From Paragordius varius (lineage: Eukaryota; Animalia; Nematomorpha): a stretch of DNA of 64,000 nucleotides. The DNA lies in assembly GCA_964247055.1 (NCBI GenBank), contig OZ176050.1, forward strand, positions 10,726,001 through 10,790,000, in the 5' to 3' direction. Below, one piece after another: positions 12,887-26,800 of this stretch. Numbering within the stretch: the stretch's first letter is position 1; each line of letters opens with the position of its first letter. Below the pieces are notes generated by a model. The model was not told the DNA's origin. It saw only the letters and a list, made by a program, of their open reading frames with translations, and made no database searches. The position numbers were made by a program, and so were the translations under genes.

Positions 12887-15006
12887 TTAAAGTCAATAAT
12901 CAAATGCTGATAAAAAGTAACCTAAAAACTTGTTAAAGTTAATTATTAACATTCTCTAACCATTGTTTACCACTATTTAGCTGTTGCATTAGGGATTAAA
13001 AAAAGAAAATAAGTGGCCAAAAATTTTGAGATAATTTTTTACATTTTAACGTTAAAAATATTATATGTACTATGAGCTGTAATGGCTAAAGAAAGCATAT
13101 TTTTTTGACCCATAAAGTTCTGGGGAATTCAACTGTCCCGAAAGATCCTGAATTGTTAATTATTGTTATTTTTTATTATATTACCTAGCTATTTTTCAAT
13201 AAATTGTAGTTTATAACATCTTTAATTGTGCCTTTTAAAGTTTTGTGTTATTTACTATGCGTAGATATCGCCCAAAACTGTGATAGAGTCTTTTAGCTCA
13301 TTATCAGAATTATAAGCTCTTTTAGAAAAAACATTCAGGTATTTAAAGGGACGTGATATAATAAAAAGTTATAATAACACACACATATGCTGGGGATAAT
13401 GTGGATAAAGCTAAAGAATTTAAAATCTATACAAAACCTGAATAATTACACTAGACAACAAATTTTTTCTCCACTCGAGTTTTTTGCATTTTTTGATATT
13501 TAATATCATTTTAACAGTAAATCTGAAATAAAAATTATAACTCGTTGGAAGAATTTTGTATAATTTGATTTTTTAGATTATGCGCCCTCTTTATCAAAAT
13601 TTTACTAAAAAATGTTTTTCTTTGAAAGTATACAAGTAATGCCCATTTGTAATATATCATTCGAAAGAGTATTAAAAACTCTATAAAATGTATACTAATA
13701 TGTATTACATCGACAGTTAATATTGGACACAAAGAGCGACAAACGCGCGAAGCGAGAGCATTTTTTTTAATTATAATATTTTTAAAACTAATAGATGAAA
13801 ATAGCTCAAACTTTGTTTAGATGGAGATGAATGTCCAAAAAAGATAACACAAGAAAGTTTTTTTTGATTAAAACATTTTTTATTGCTTTTATGTCACTCA
13901 AAACAGCCATTTTTAAGTTTTTTGTTTTTTAAAAATTACCATCTCATCAATATTAATTTATTTTCTATACAAGGCTGATAATTTCGAAAATTTAAAAATA
14001 AAAAGAAAGTTTAAGGTATTTTTGATCTTTTATAGCCATTATGTAATAAATTTACAGTTATAACTATGCATTTTAGTATCCACTAGGTAAAATATTTATG
14101 ATAATTATAATTTTTATTAAAAAAGCAAACCAAAAGCTTTTCCAAACATTTTTTTTAAATTAAATACTAATATAACCCTAATAATAATATTAAAATAATT
14201 TAAATGATTTAAAAATTAGTTTGTCTGTGAAAATTCCTGACTTATTTAAGGGTTGAAAATTTTGACCATTTAAATCCAAATAACTTTTACATCCGGTGGA
14301 TTTAATTGACTTACTACCATTTAAAAGATGCAGTTTTTTGCGCTCTTTCGAATGATATAAAATACATGGCTTCATATCTAAAACTTTAAATTTATGAAAT
14401 TTCGAGTTTAATGTTAAATCGGGGTCAAAAATTATCGATAAACTCTAATATAAAAAAATTCTTTCATGTAGGACCAATTTTCTTTTCAGATATACTAATT
14501 ATGTACTTTAATGAAATAAATTTTAAATTTACAAGAATGGCTGTTAAAAAAAGTTAAAATTTGTTGTCTAGTGTTATAAAATAAAACGAATGAAAATAAA
14601 CTTGTGTATTTGCATAAATACGGGACATGTAATGAATCTGATTATGCAATAAATGTTTTAACCATTGAAATAGGCTAACACACCTAAAGATTTATATTAT
14701 TTGAATGACTTTTCAGAAATATTATTTATAATATTTGCTTTTTATGTAGATATTTGTTATTAAATCAGAAATATAGTTAAATAGTCACTTTTACTTATAA
14801 GAAAACAAATAATTAGGATTGTTAGACACAATATAAAACAATAAACATTGTTAATTACATACAGTATGAGTATGAGTGTATGTTATGATAAAACAAATGC
14901 CAAAATTTTATGGGCCTACATTCAATGTATTTTTGGTCTCAACTTAGGTTTCATCAATTTTAATAATATTATATAATCTGTAACAGGCATAATTGTTAAT
15001 TTAGTT

Positions 15007-15681
15007 TTGTATGAGGAAGGGATCCCCGAAACTTGTCATGCTAAATATTGTGTATTGGTAAAACCCCTTTCTCACTCAATTTGTAATTTGAATACTACAA
15101 TCAAGCCAAAACCCTTCGCAAGAGACGAATATGAATCATTATTGTCTTCAAACAAAAATATTTGCCTCAGAACTTTGGCGGCTCATTGTAGAGTCTCACA
15201 TTCCGTTGGAAAACAGCTGATTTTGGCCTTTGCTATGCCATATGAACCGATCTTTGGAGCCCATATCCAACATGAACCACCATTATTAAAATCTTTTGAA
15301 TTGCATCATCTTTCTTCATTTCAAGGAATATTTGAGAACATAGATAGCACCCACAAAAATACTCCATTTTCGACCGATAAACCCATTGTCTCCTGTTGGC
15401 GAAAATGTAAAAGTTTAGCGGATCTTTTAACTACAAATAACATTGACAATAGTTTTGGCATATCACATGCCAATAGACAGAAATCGATTCAAGGATCTCA
15501 GAATAATCTTACGAAGGCGTTGATCTCGTTATGCCTTAAATGTTCTCAGGTGAAATGGGTCAACGGATCTGAAAATATATTAACTAATAATTATTTTACA
15601 ACATTCACCTCTTTTATACCTGTATACAAGGTTTACCCTATTATGTGCAATAGATGGGATCCTTGTGCTCATGTTAATTGA
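15007..15681 (+). mobile_element. Penelope-like retroelement fragment (RT-to-GIY-YIG linker and degenerate endonuclease start)
   Basis: 224-aa ORF containing FAMPYEP, KPIVSCWRKCKSLADLLTTN (cf. PLE linker P.vs.rr.knL.dlLv), CLKC and VYPIMCNRWDPCAHVN (cf. IY.I.C..C...Y.G). No RT core seen. Confidence 0.45.
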
Positions 15682-16294
15682 TTAATTAATATAACAAATA
15701 TATAAAATCATATAATGCAATTAAATAAGGTTAAATTAGAACAGCCTACATTTATATTATGTGGCCTAAATATGTAAAATTATTAATGGAACCGAAATCA
15801 GAATTTAGTTTGACTAAAAAATATAGGAACTAATTCTTTACGCAAAAAAACACTGGAATCGGAACCAAAAGGACGAACAAACTCTTTGGAACCAAAAGAA
15901 AAGACAATACATGACTTTATTTTGGATTTTATCCCAATGGCCATTTTTGAAAAATGCTGTTTCAATTATAACAGATGCTAATACTCAATAAATTACGATA
16001 AATTATTATATAGTTAACAAATTATGTTGTTTTGAATTATCGAACTAGTTTTGTGATAAGGTAGGTCATTTTTCAAACCCTTCATATTATGCCCAAATTG
16101 TAAAAATAACTGTTTTGTTAAAAATATTCTGTCAATAAGCATTTGTGATCTGAAATTCTCTATCTTTATTATCGGTTTAAGATTTTTATGATTTCCCCAA
16201 TGTTGACCAGAGGCTCTGAATTGGGGAAAAGTTCAATATGGTTATGCACCATATGAAGTTGGTGTCATAGGATACCTAACATTTGTTTGAATAA

Positions 16295-16516
16295 TATACT
16301 ATTTACACACCCTTGGAATTCAAATTCACCCTAAAAATAAATTATGGTTTTTGGGCTATATACTCATTATTACGAAATATATCTTTATGGATTAGTATAT
16401 TATTTTTTTAGCATAATTTCAATTACAAACGGAATTTCATTCTTTAAAAATAAATAGAGGTATAATCTTAAAAAACTTAGGGGGAATTTGAATCGTTCAA
16501 GTGTAAATGGTCTATA
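16295..16516. mobile_element. MITE family A, degenerate copy
   Basis: TATACTATTTACA...TGTAAATGGTCTATA termini. Confidence 0.65.
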
Positions 16517-18312
16517 ATATAAATATAAAGGATATAATGTAAATTATAATATAAACATTAACCAACACATAATTTTTTAAATTTATGAACCAAATCAGCT
16601 CCGAAAAATTGATTAAAGCACGAATTAAGAATTATAAAAAATTCCCGGAGCGATGTCCTAGCTAACAGCACCAGCTTGACAATTACTGAAAAAAGGTATA
16701 TCCTTGATGAGGTCATTTAATTGGGGTACTGTTATATGCTATTATTTTTGAATATTCAATTAATCTAAATTTTTTAAAATATTGTAGTGTTCTGCTTTAT
16801 AATCATGAATTGGCGGTACACAGTGTCTACAAAAAATTCCGGATGAAACATTATTTTTGAAGGCGATATATTGGCTAAACTCTATATTAAGAGTTGTTAA
16901 TATATTGTTTGTTTTATTAAAAATTAAAAATTACCGCATATTAACAAGTTTATGATTTAATGACCACAAAGTACGATTGTTAGCTAATATTCTTGCAAAA
17001 CTTTCTCCATGCGAAAAAACGTAACCTCTTTGTTGATAATATTTTGCGTTAAGATTTATTCTTGAGCTATATTAAAACAAAATCTAGTTAACCCGTTTTC
17101 ATCTATGTATTTATTTTTATTTGACCTAATGTGCGATAAAAATGCGTTTTTTTAGTTTAGGCTAATAACAGATAGTATTTAAAAACCGCATATATCATTT
17201 TGTTCATTATATTGAAACCTTTAGCTATCGAACGATATATAACTCATTACCCTTTATTTTTTATTCCCCATTTTTGTCGCACAGTGTTATATGATTACAA
17301 ATAAACTAACGAAGAAGAATAAATTTTCGATAAAGTTTTAAGTACCAAATGTAGCCACACACACCAATGATATTTGACATATCAGACTACTAAAAAATAT
17401 TATTAAAAGAATGTAATCCTTAAATCGTTTTTCTTCGACATCATTTAAGCTTATAAAGTTTCAAAATCTTAAATAAGAAATAGTAAATCTGATAATATAT
17501 CAAAATTACTCTAGGATATTAAACTATCCCAAATGTAATGAAGTAATATTACTTTTTCACTTTAATTTCTCATTTAGTATATTTTTTATAGTTTTATATT
17601 TAGGTTTACAAAGATTACAAGAAAAATTTATGCTTTAATAAATATAATAATTGCTGTAAATCCAATACTAATACAATAATATATCAGCGTAAATAATATA
17701 CAAAAAAAATTATTACCTAATGTCGCAAAATGCAATTTTTCATATTGGAAAAAATACAAATTTTTTTTTATATAATTTGTGAGGCCCAAAGCCTAAAACA
17801 CCCTGATAATCCTGATATATTTATCTATAAAAATATATATTTATCAAAATATTTTTTGTCTGCCTTTGTAATTCGGCAATAGATTTTTATGTGCACTGTC
17901 AGGAAAACAATGTTGGATAAAATTACAACAAATATACCTTTAAAAATAGTTTATATACTTTTAGATCTGGGGTTCGAAATACAAAAAAGTAATAATGTGT
18001 TAAGTACATTTTTGGTGTCATAATTTTGCATATATTATAAGTAATATCGATAAACTCGGCTTATTAGCCTTAAAAATAATAAAGACCACATAAGAGTTTT
18101 TATGACTTTTGGAGGCAACATTAAAAATATAAATATATTTTATAAACAAATTTTTTTTTGTTTTGATATTTCAGAATTTTGGACTGAGGCTCTTAACTAT
18201 AAAATAAATAGAATAAAATGCGCTACTTTTTTCATCTTTTTATATGAAGCATGCAGTACAAAAGTGTAATTTTTCCCCAAATTTTGTGCCTTGTGCAAAT
18301 GTAAACGATAAA

Positions 18313-20580
18313 AGGCCAAATAAATATTTTTTCGAGGGCCATGAACCCTTTAATGGCAAATATTTCATAGCTATGTGACACATATGCACATATTTATACT
18401 AAATCAGCACAATGAATTTTTTGCAGATCGCATGTAAATCCAGCTAAAAACTCATTTTGCACCATTTAGTTTAAAGAATTAAATATTTTGATAACAATAT
18501 TTATTTTAATATTAAGCAATAATTTTTGACAAATTTGGTTTCGCCTCATGACAGGCCAATCTTAATACGTCGTCCATGTGATCATCGGTTAAGCTATTTC
18601 TGTATGTATTCTATACATACTTCATTTTTGAATATACCGTCTCACATGTGTAAGTTGAGGGAAAAACAGTTAGGATAACTTGAGCACATTTTTTTATATT
18701 TTCATATTTATTTGGCACATCTTGCCAAAACTCTACATATCTTTCTTCTCTATGATTCTCTCATTTTTATAATTTATGAATTCTTCAAGGATATGCGCCT
18801 GATAAAAACAAATCCTCATGTTGCTTGATATTGGACATATCCATATGCCATGGATATTCAACGAGTTTTAAGCAATTTTTTCTTGAAATCTAAATTCATC
18901 CCTTTAAATAAAATGTTAAATGATTGTCTATTATTAAATTAATATCCGCCGTAAATTCCATATTTTCTCCATCAATCGTTTTAAGTGTTGGAAAATATAG
19001 AAGTGTTTTATTTATAAAATCTTGTTTAAATACTATAAATTTTTTCAAAAACAAATATTTGATCACAAATTGGGTTCCTTGAAGACTAATAAAAATACTT
19101 AGTTTATAAGTATTGTCGCAAAGGTAGGCAATAAAACCGACCGAATTTCCTGTCTTAAAACAAAAAATCTATATAATTTGCTAAGGCTTAGCCATCTCAC
19201 AGCGGTGTATAAAGTATCATCAAACCTGTGGATATTTTTCGTAAGGTTTTTAAATTTACGACAGTTGAATTCTTTGCCACGGATGTGGTTAACTATATCC
19301 ACAACTGTTTTAATTACTGAATGAGTGATTCGTCTTTTACACGCGAAACCAAGTTTTGCTGATGAATAAAGCAGTGAAAGGATATAATATTTTGCAAATT
19401 ATATTTGTTTTTAAAAAGAATAAATCCTCTTATTCAATCATAGAGGGACAGCCATCTGTGCATCGAAACCAATTTTTTCATATATTTACCATTTTATCAA
19501 AAAAGTGTTAATTGTTTCGAAAATCTCACGAAGAGCGCACATTGAGGTGGTGAACTAATATCAGTGCTAGAATCAATAGTAATACTAAAATATTTGCAGT
19601 TTTTCAGAGTCATTAATGTATTGTTCAAAATATATTTGGACATATCTTCAATGCGTCGAGCATATGTTGAATCAGAAAGTTGAAGTTTTTTATTTGCCTT
19701 ATAATTCGACCTTTATTATGGAATTTATTAAATAAAAAGTGCAACCATTTATTAGACATTCTTTTATTAATTGGGGAATCAGTAAACGGTTTCATATTTT
19801 TTCCTAAAATATAGCAAATTTCTTACTAATGTTACAGCTTTTTCCTGGGTGAAAGCTATAGATAATAGACTCTTTCTGGTGTAATTCCTTAATTTTTTTA
19901 TATTTTTCGTTTCTTTTCTCATGATTTTCTGGTAATTTATAAAAATGATGGATTGTAAAATATCTTTCAATATTGTATTTTTTACAATTATGTTGTCCTT
20001 ACATATAAGACAGTTAACAACGTTTTTATTAAAAGGACAAAGAATTTTTCTTCCCATTCTTTTAAAGGAGCGATTTTTCGATAATTCACGTTTTTTAGCA
20101 TTAGATGCCATCCTTTAAATTTATGTTTAAATATTATGTAAATATTTATGAAAAAATAGGAATTTAATTTGAATTATGTGATAAACAGGTCAAAATTTAA
20201 TGATATTGATTTGAAAAATATTTCATGTGAATGAGTTATAAAAAATGATGCATGATAGCATTGAAATGATTATAAATATAAAAGTTTGGGTTAAAATATT
20301 GCTTAAATACAAAAAAGGACTGGAATAATTTAAAATAAAAAAATGAAGAAAATAAACAGAAACAAAGTGTGTCAAAATTATGAAATCATTTTAATGTAGG
20401 GATTTTATACATAAATACAAAATTAAATCTAAAGAATATAAATTAATATTAAAATAAGCAAAAATTCTTTATGTGCATTTAAAAAATTCATCAATAAAAA
20501 AAATAGTTTAAGATCAATATGGTCATAGGGCAATTTCAAAGCAGTCTTAGGGCCGCATGGGGCCCGCGGTTTGACCACTA
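18313..20580 (-). mobile_element. Decayed hAT (Charlie/SPIN/GTF2IRD2-like) DNA transposon with a frameshifted transposase
   Basis: Reverse-complement homology to 46491-48952 over its length. Fragments MASNAKKREL...CLICKD and AVRWLSLSK; multiple stops and frameshifts; termini eroded. Confidence 0.85.
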
Positions 20581-20839
20581 ATGGAAATAATATAACTAAC
20601 ATCATTAGTATAAGTATCAGTAGTGAAACAACATCATTCTAACTTGACTTCAGTCTGCACAAGACTCCCCAATCCCCTTCACAGTAAAGCCACGGGGCGT
20701 TTTTTACAAAAGTCTGATTTAATCTAATATAAATATAAAAGTTATATTTAAAGTTATAGCGATTTACATTAATTAAATTTTTTTAATAATCATAATATTA
20801 TCCTTAGTAGCTTAACTTTGTGAGAGGTTTTTAAGAAAA

Positions 20840-23800
20840 GAATGGTCATACAGTAGCATATGGTAGGCAAAAAGTGAATATAAACAAGTCATATATTTAA
20901 TATTTATGTGGCATATTTATATATGAATAAATTTTTTTGCCATACACTGCTAATATTTATGGGGAAGGACTCGTGTTTTTAGCAAGGTTTCGATATATTA
21001 TCATTATCGGTTTTCTCTTTTGTATAATCTGTGTCGGGAACTGTCAAAATTATATAATACATATGGTATTAAAATACAATGGTAAACCATATGGCATTAC
21101 GTAAAATTCAAACTTTTTGTAGGGAGCTAGGTTATTTTTATGTTTTAATGTTAGATTGCGATTCATCATACAGATATGTGGAAACATTTCAAGAATTCAA
21201 TATAATTTTGGATGATATTGAAAATTTAAACATAGATTCAGAGACCGTTAGCGGTCTATTTCTTGCTCTGTCAAAATACACTGATTTTGTTAAGAACGAG
21301 GTTCAGATTTTTTATAATTTAGGTAAAATTGCAGCATAATATAAACATTATTTATCTGTTAATTATGTACAAGTTTATACGGATTCTTATTCGGCATTGC
21401 AGTCAATCAGATAAAATAAATATATTATTTCAATCCCTTGAATATGTGCAGAAACATATCGTTTTTACAACTTCCACAAAAAATCATGTTATAAACATTG
21501 TTTACGTTTTTGCTGATTATTCCAATCTTATTAACATCATGCATGAAATTTTAAAAATGCTCAAAATTATTGAATGTTCACAAAATTTCGATTATACCAA
21601 GATAAACTTTGCCATATTGTTTAAAATTAACACTTTTTTGAATTTTAACGAAGATTGTATGCATAAATGTATGAAGCTCAGCGAATGGATTAAAATTAAA
21701 ACCAAAATCATAGAATCCATTATAAAAGTATATAAACGATTCGTAAAAAATACTTAGATATTTACCCGATTTTTTCTTTGGGAGAATAAGGAAACGGAAA
21801 ATTATGTGAATACATTGGATCATATACATGGTATTATTCCACACGTTTTGTTTTTAAAAAAACTTTTATTTACGCTTTTTTAAATATAATTATTTGAAAC
21901 TATAGAACTTAACTAGGAGTAATAAAAATTATTTGTTTTATATCTATAAAATTTTCCATAAATATATTCAATATGCATATTCAATTTAAAGCTTAAATAT
22001 ATTGATTTTAACCTGCACCACCTTTTAAATCATATAGTTGATATTTTTACCCATACTTAAGCTATCAATTAAAATAGAGCCGTTTTCATTTTATATTTAT
22101 TTAGTTCAATATCTTACTTAACATATTTTTTTGTTTTATTAATGGGCATTGGTATGAAACAAATTTATTTGATATGAAATAACATTTTCTGAATTATGTA
22201 AGTTTTATTAAAATGATGTGTTATTAAAGTAAAATATGAAAAAAACTTTCACACCCATCTTATTTTGTGACAAAAATATTTTTTTATGGATAAACAATTT
22301 TAATTTTTTTGGATAAAACGCATTTTTATATAAACATTATTGTAATTTAATAATAGCTAAATGTCGTTTTCTCGTGTTGGCTCAATTAAGCCTACGTGAA
22401 TGTCAAGATATTATGTCACAACCGTTGTATTCATCAACATCAAACGCATTTAATTCATCAAATGATCACAGAATAAAATTGATACAAATACATCTACAAT
22501 TATGGAACCATTGTTTAACGTAAAATATTCATAGTATATTTGCTTTGATTTCATGGATTCGATAATTCATAAAATATATATAATTATTATGGGAATATAT
22601 AATAAGATAATTTTTTTAAGATCTTACTGGTTGTGGGAACGTGGCACAGAATAATATATACTAACGGTTTCAATATTTGTTTAAAAACATTTTACAATGT
22701 TTATTAATATTAATTTATAAAGGCTATTTATTCACGTTATATCGAAATCAGGCTAGTGAAATTTAAAAAATAGTTTAGAATTAAAACTTTTTGACCAAAA
22801 ATCAATGGCTTTTTTTACGAAATTTTTTTAACCCGTTTCATTCCCTCCCTGAATTTTGCCAAATTTATATGTCATTTATTTGAATTTTATTGCATTAAAA
22901 ATTGTGATTTTTTTAGAAAAATTTTAATCAAAAATGATTGTTTTCACTAAAATCCCTTAATCATTTATCATGTCATCTCTTTGGTTGATGATCGCTTTTA
23001 TATTAATTTGATTAATAGTTTTATACATTATACCATGTATTTTATTGCCCTTACTTAGGTATTTTCAAAGTGAATGTAAAAATTTTGTTATCATCAACAA
23101 TGATACAACGCTCAATGATCACAATAATCAAGAAAATTTTATTGATAATACCAATAATATAAAAACATATATGGACATATTTAATCATGGTATATACAGC
23201 TATTGCCAACATTTGCTCTTTCTTAATCCTGATTCATCCGTTATTACACCAAATAGTACTGATACCATGCTTACAGAAACTCATGAAATATATGATTCGA
23301 ATCATAGCGATAACAGTAAAAAAGATACCTCCAACATGATTAAAACGACAAAAACACCAAGCAAAACTAGGATTAATAAAGGAAATGTAACTCCCTTAAA
23401 CGCTGTAACGAAAAAACAATCGATCATTGGTTATAGCGGACAAAATGTATCGTTAAATGTTCACCTTAGCCATCAAATGTTAACCAAGTTTCGTACGTTA
23501 ATGTGTGAACATTGTTTGGAGATCATGGGAAAGTTTATGGTGGAACATACACACAGTTCAGCGAGCTTGAATAAATTTTTTAATTGGATAGTAAAGTAGG
23601 AATTCGAAAAAAACTATTATAATCTTAGATTTTTTATATTTATTATGTTAATGTGATAATATAAGGCATTAAATTTTTAATCACAATAGTTTCCGCCTAA
23701 TCACATTAATCTATATATATATATATATATATATAGATTATTAATTTATTTTATATACGATTTTTAAATACAAAAATCTATCTATATTAATACCCTTTCT

Positions 23801-26800
23801 ATTTTAAGGTTCATAGTCATCATATATATATAATATCTATGCAGATCTTTCTATTCATAAAAATTATGTCACAAAGGGACACTTAGCAAATTTTTTAATA
23901 TCTCCAAAATTAATTATATTTATAGATTAATACTGTCACGAAACGGGGTACCTTTAACCTACGCTGCTGATTTTGTTTACGAATGTATTGGGAGTCCCAT
24001 TATAACAACAATGATATGTAAAAATAATTTTAATGAAACGCAAAATAGTAATTTTTATGATATGCAAGATGAATTATTTAATACGGATCAAAATAAGCCT
24101 GGTGATTGGGCAATGACTAGTTCCCGACACCTACTTAAATTAATCTTGTGCGCCAATATTATAGTTGCTACCAAAAATCACAAGTATGTTATACTTATTA
24201 ATAAATAAATGATTGAAGAATATTTGTTTAGAATTGGTATGACTGATTTTAAAATCCTAAGCATTTATGATTATGAATTCTCCGGCTGATTTGAAAAATA
24301 AACAGCTTAAAAATTTGGAAGGTGTCTTTTCATTCAACAATAAGAGAGAGAATATGGAAAAAAGAGGGAGTTGGGGGAGGGAAGGAATTTATTTTTTTAT
24401 AATCACTTTATTTTATTGTCACAATTTAAATAATTACAAGAAAAATTATATTTGTCGTTTATATTGGCGTTTTGAAACCGGTTTATTTTGTATTTATAAA
24501 TAACATCGTGATAAACGGATCGTCTAGTCGATATATTATACATAGTTTGGGTGGCTTGCTTGAAATTAACACATTTCAGCCCATATTTTTTTATTAGTCG
24601 TGTGAGCAGATTGCACCCTTCATATTTTTATTCCAGCATATATTAATATATGCTGCTTATTACAACATATTTATTTTTTTATTCTCTATTAGCTTAAGAC
24701 ATCGATGGATATCATGTTTAAATAAATTTGTTCAAACTTATATGACTGTTGGCCCCTCAAAACTATCTGATGATCCGTGTACACCCCTATCGCATATTGA
24801 TACTTTAATGGCTCACAAAAAATTAAAAGGGAAAACTTCTTTAAAACATACAATAGAAGTTAGTGATTTTTCTCTTTTAAAATCTCTTATACCACCCCCA
24901 CCCTTAAATATCATACCAACGGATAATATTTTGAATAACAATAACAATAATTTATCGCCAAATAATGAGACAAATGATATTATTTTTGAAGAAAATGATG
25001 AAAATGCAGCAGAAAAAAGAGATACAATTGACCAAAACTTTGAATGTGAAATTGATAATAATGATGAGACTATACAAGAGAACCTAGATCAGTCCTCGTT
25101 ATCTATTACGGAACAATTGATAAAAGAATGTATACTTTTTTTGTTTTATTCTACATTTTTTATCAAAAGGCCTTTTGTTAAATTGATCTTTTATAATATG
25201 TAAATAAATTTTGATGATCATATTGATTTATATTATTAACTATTTGTTTCGATGTGTTAGATTTAATAGAGAACCCTGATGTATCAGCAACAAATGATAC
25301 AAAAGATGTATCATTAAATTCTGAAGATTCTGAAAACGACTATAATTCTTCGAGACCGAGGAGAAAAAAAATACAAAAATTAAAACCCCCAATAAAAAAG
25401 GTTTCTGATATGGATTCACAAATTGATGATTTTCCAACACCTTCATCCGAAAAGCATAAACTAAAATTTATGGGTAATTTGTTTAATTTTATGTAATTAA
25501 TAAATTTTTTTAGAAACCATTGATGAAATGGTATATTTTTTACAATTTAATCTTATAAATAAATTTGTCTTTATTAATGTTTGCCGCTTTGCAACAATGC
25601 GAGCTCCGTTTTTAAAGATGTTAGCTTAATAAGTATTTAATAATATAAATAAATGTAGTTGTTAAGATAAGAAATACTTGTATCTTAAATTTCTATATAT
25701 TAAAAGGAGCATTCTTTTTCTTTTTTACGATATCCTTTTAACTGTTTTTGAATGGTATCAAAACTAAATACTTTTTATGAATGATTTTTTAACATTGTTA
25801 AAATTACATGGAATATAAGACAATAAAGTGCGCTATGAATAGTTTAATGTTAGTATCAAAGCTGTATTTGTATCTTATAAAACCAAGTAATTATTTATAA
25901 AATTAAAAAAATATACACTAATTTTTTTACTGTATCAATTATTTTAGATCTGGTAAATCCTTTATTTCTTGGTCATGCCTCACATTATATTCCACATCAT
26001 ATTGATTATTCTAACATAAACGTGGATAATGAAAAACATTCAACGTATGAAGAAAAATATTTTTTGCCCGAACTGCTAGAGTTTATGGAATGGAAACTTA
26101 GGCACGAAACACTTTTCTACATTAAAAGGGCTGTAATAGAGTGTATTGAACACTTGATATTACACATTTTACATGCTATCGACACAGCTAATAGAGACCA
26201 AATAAGGCAACTAAACCAAAATAACGATCAAAATTGCTTGAATAACACTATTACGCGAGATAATACGTTTTTAAGGCCTGAGATTATGGATTGCCTTCAA
26301 AAAATGGTAATTATCATTATTTTGCAAATATATTTAATTATTCGGCATATTGGTAAAGTTAGGATAAATAATTTGGTTTTTATAATTAGGTGACTTTTGG
26401 ATTTACAGTTTATCAAATAACCGATTCCTACCATTTTTACTTTTTAAAATAATGCACCTGGTTCTAATAAAATACTTGTCGACGTGATATATATGAGTGT
26501 TTTCCGATAATTAACACACATAATTTTTATATTTTCACATCTATATCACAAGAATTTACTTGAAACCCTGTATCAAATCGCCTTAACGGATAACACACTT
26601 TTGGTTCGACGTCAATGCATTAATACGCTCACTAATTTAGTTATTGCTGATTACACCACTGTCTTAAAAACGCGACACTATGTTAAAAATTACAAGTTTA
26701 AATCAAGTTTTCTAAATAGTAATAAAAATAATTATAATGTGGAAATTTGGTTGAAATGCATGTTACTTTTGTACGGAGACTCTAAAGCCACCAGTGGGGG

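Noticed and set aside
17300-17450. Minus-strand KRFKDYILLIIF resembling a retroviral integrase segment
   Set aside because: Too short and degenerate, with no DDE or other LTR-element features nearby.
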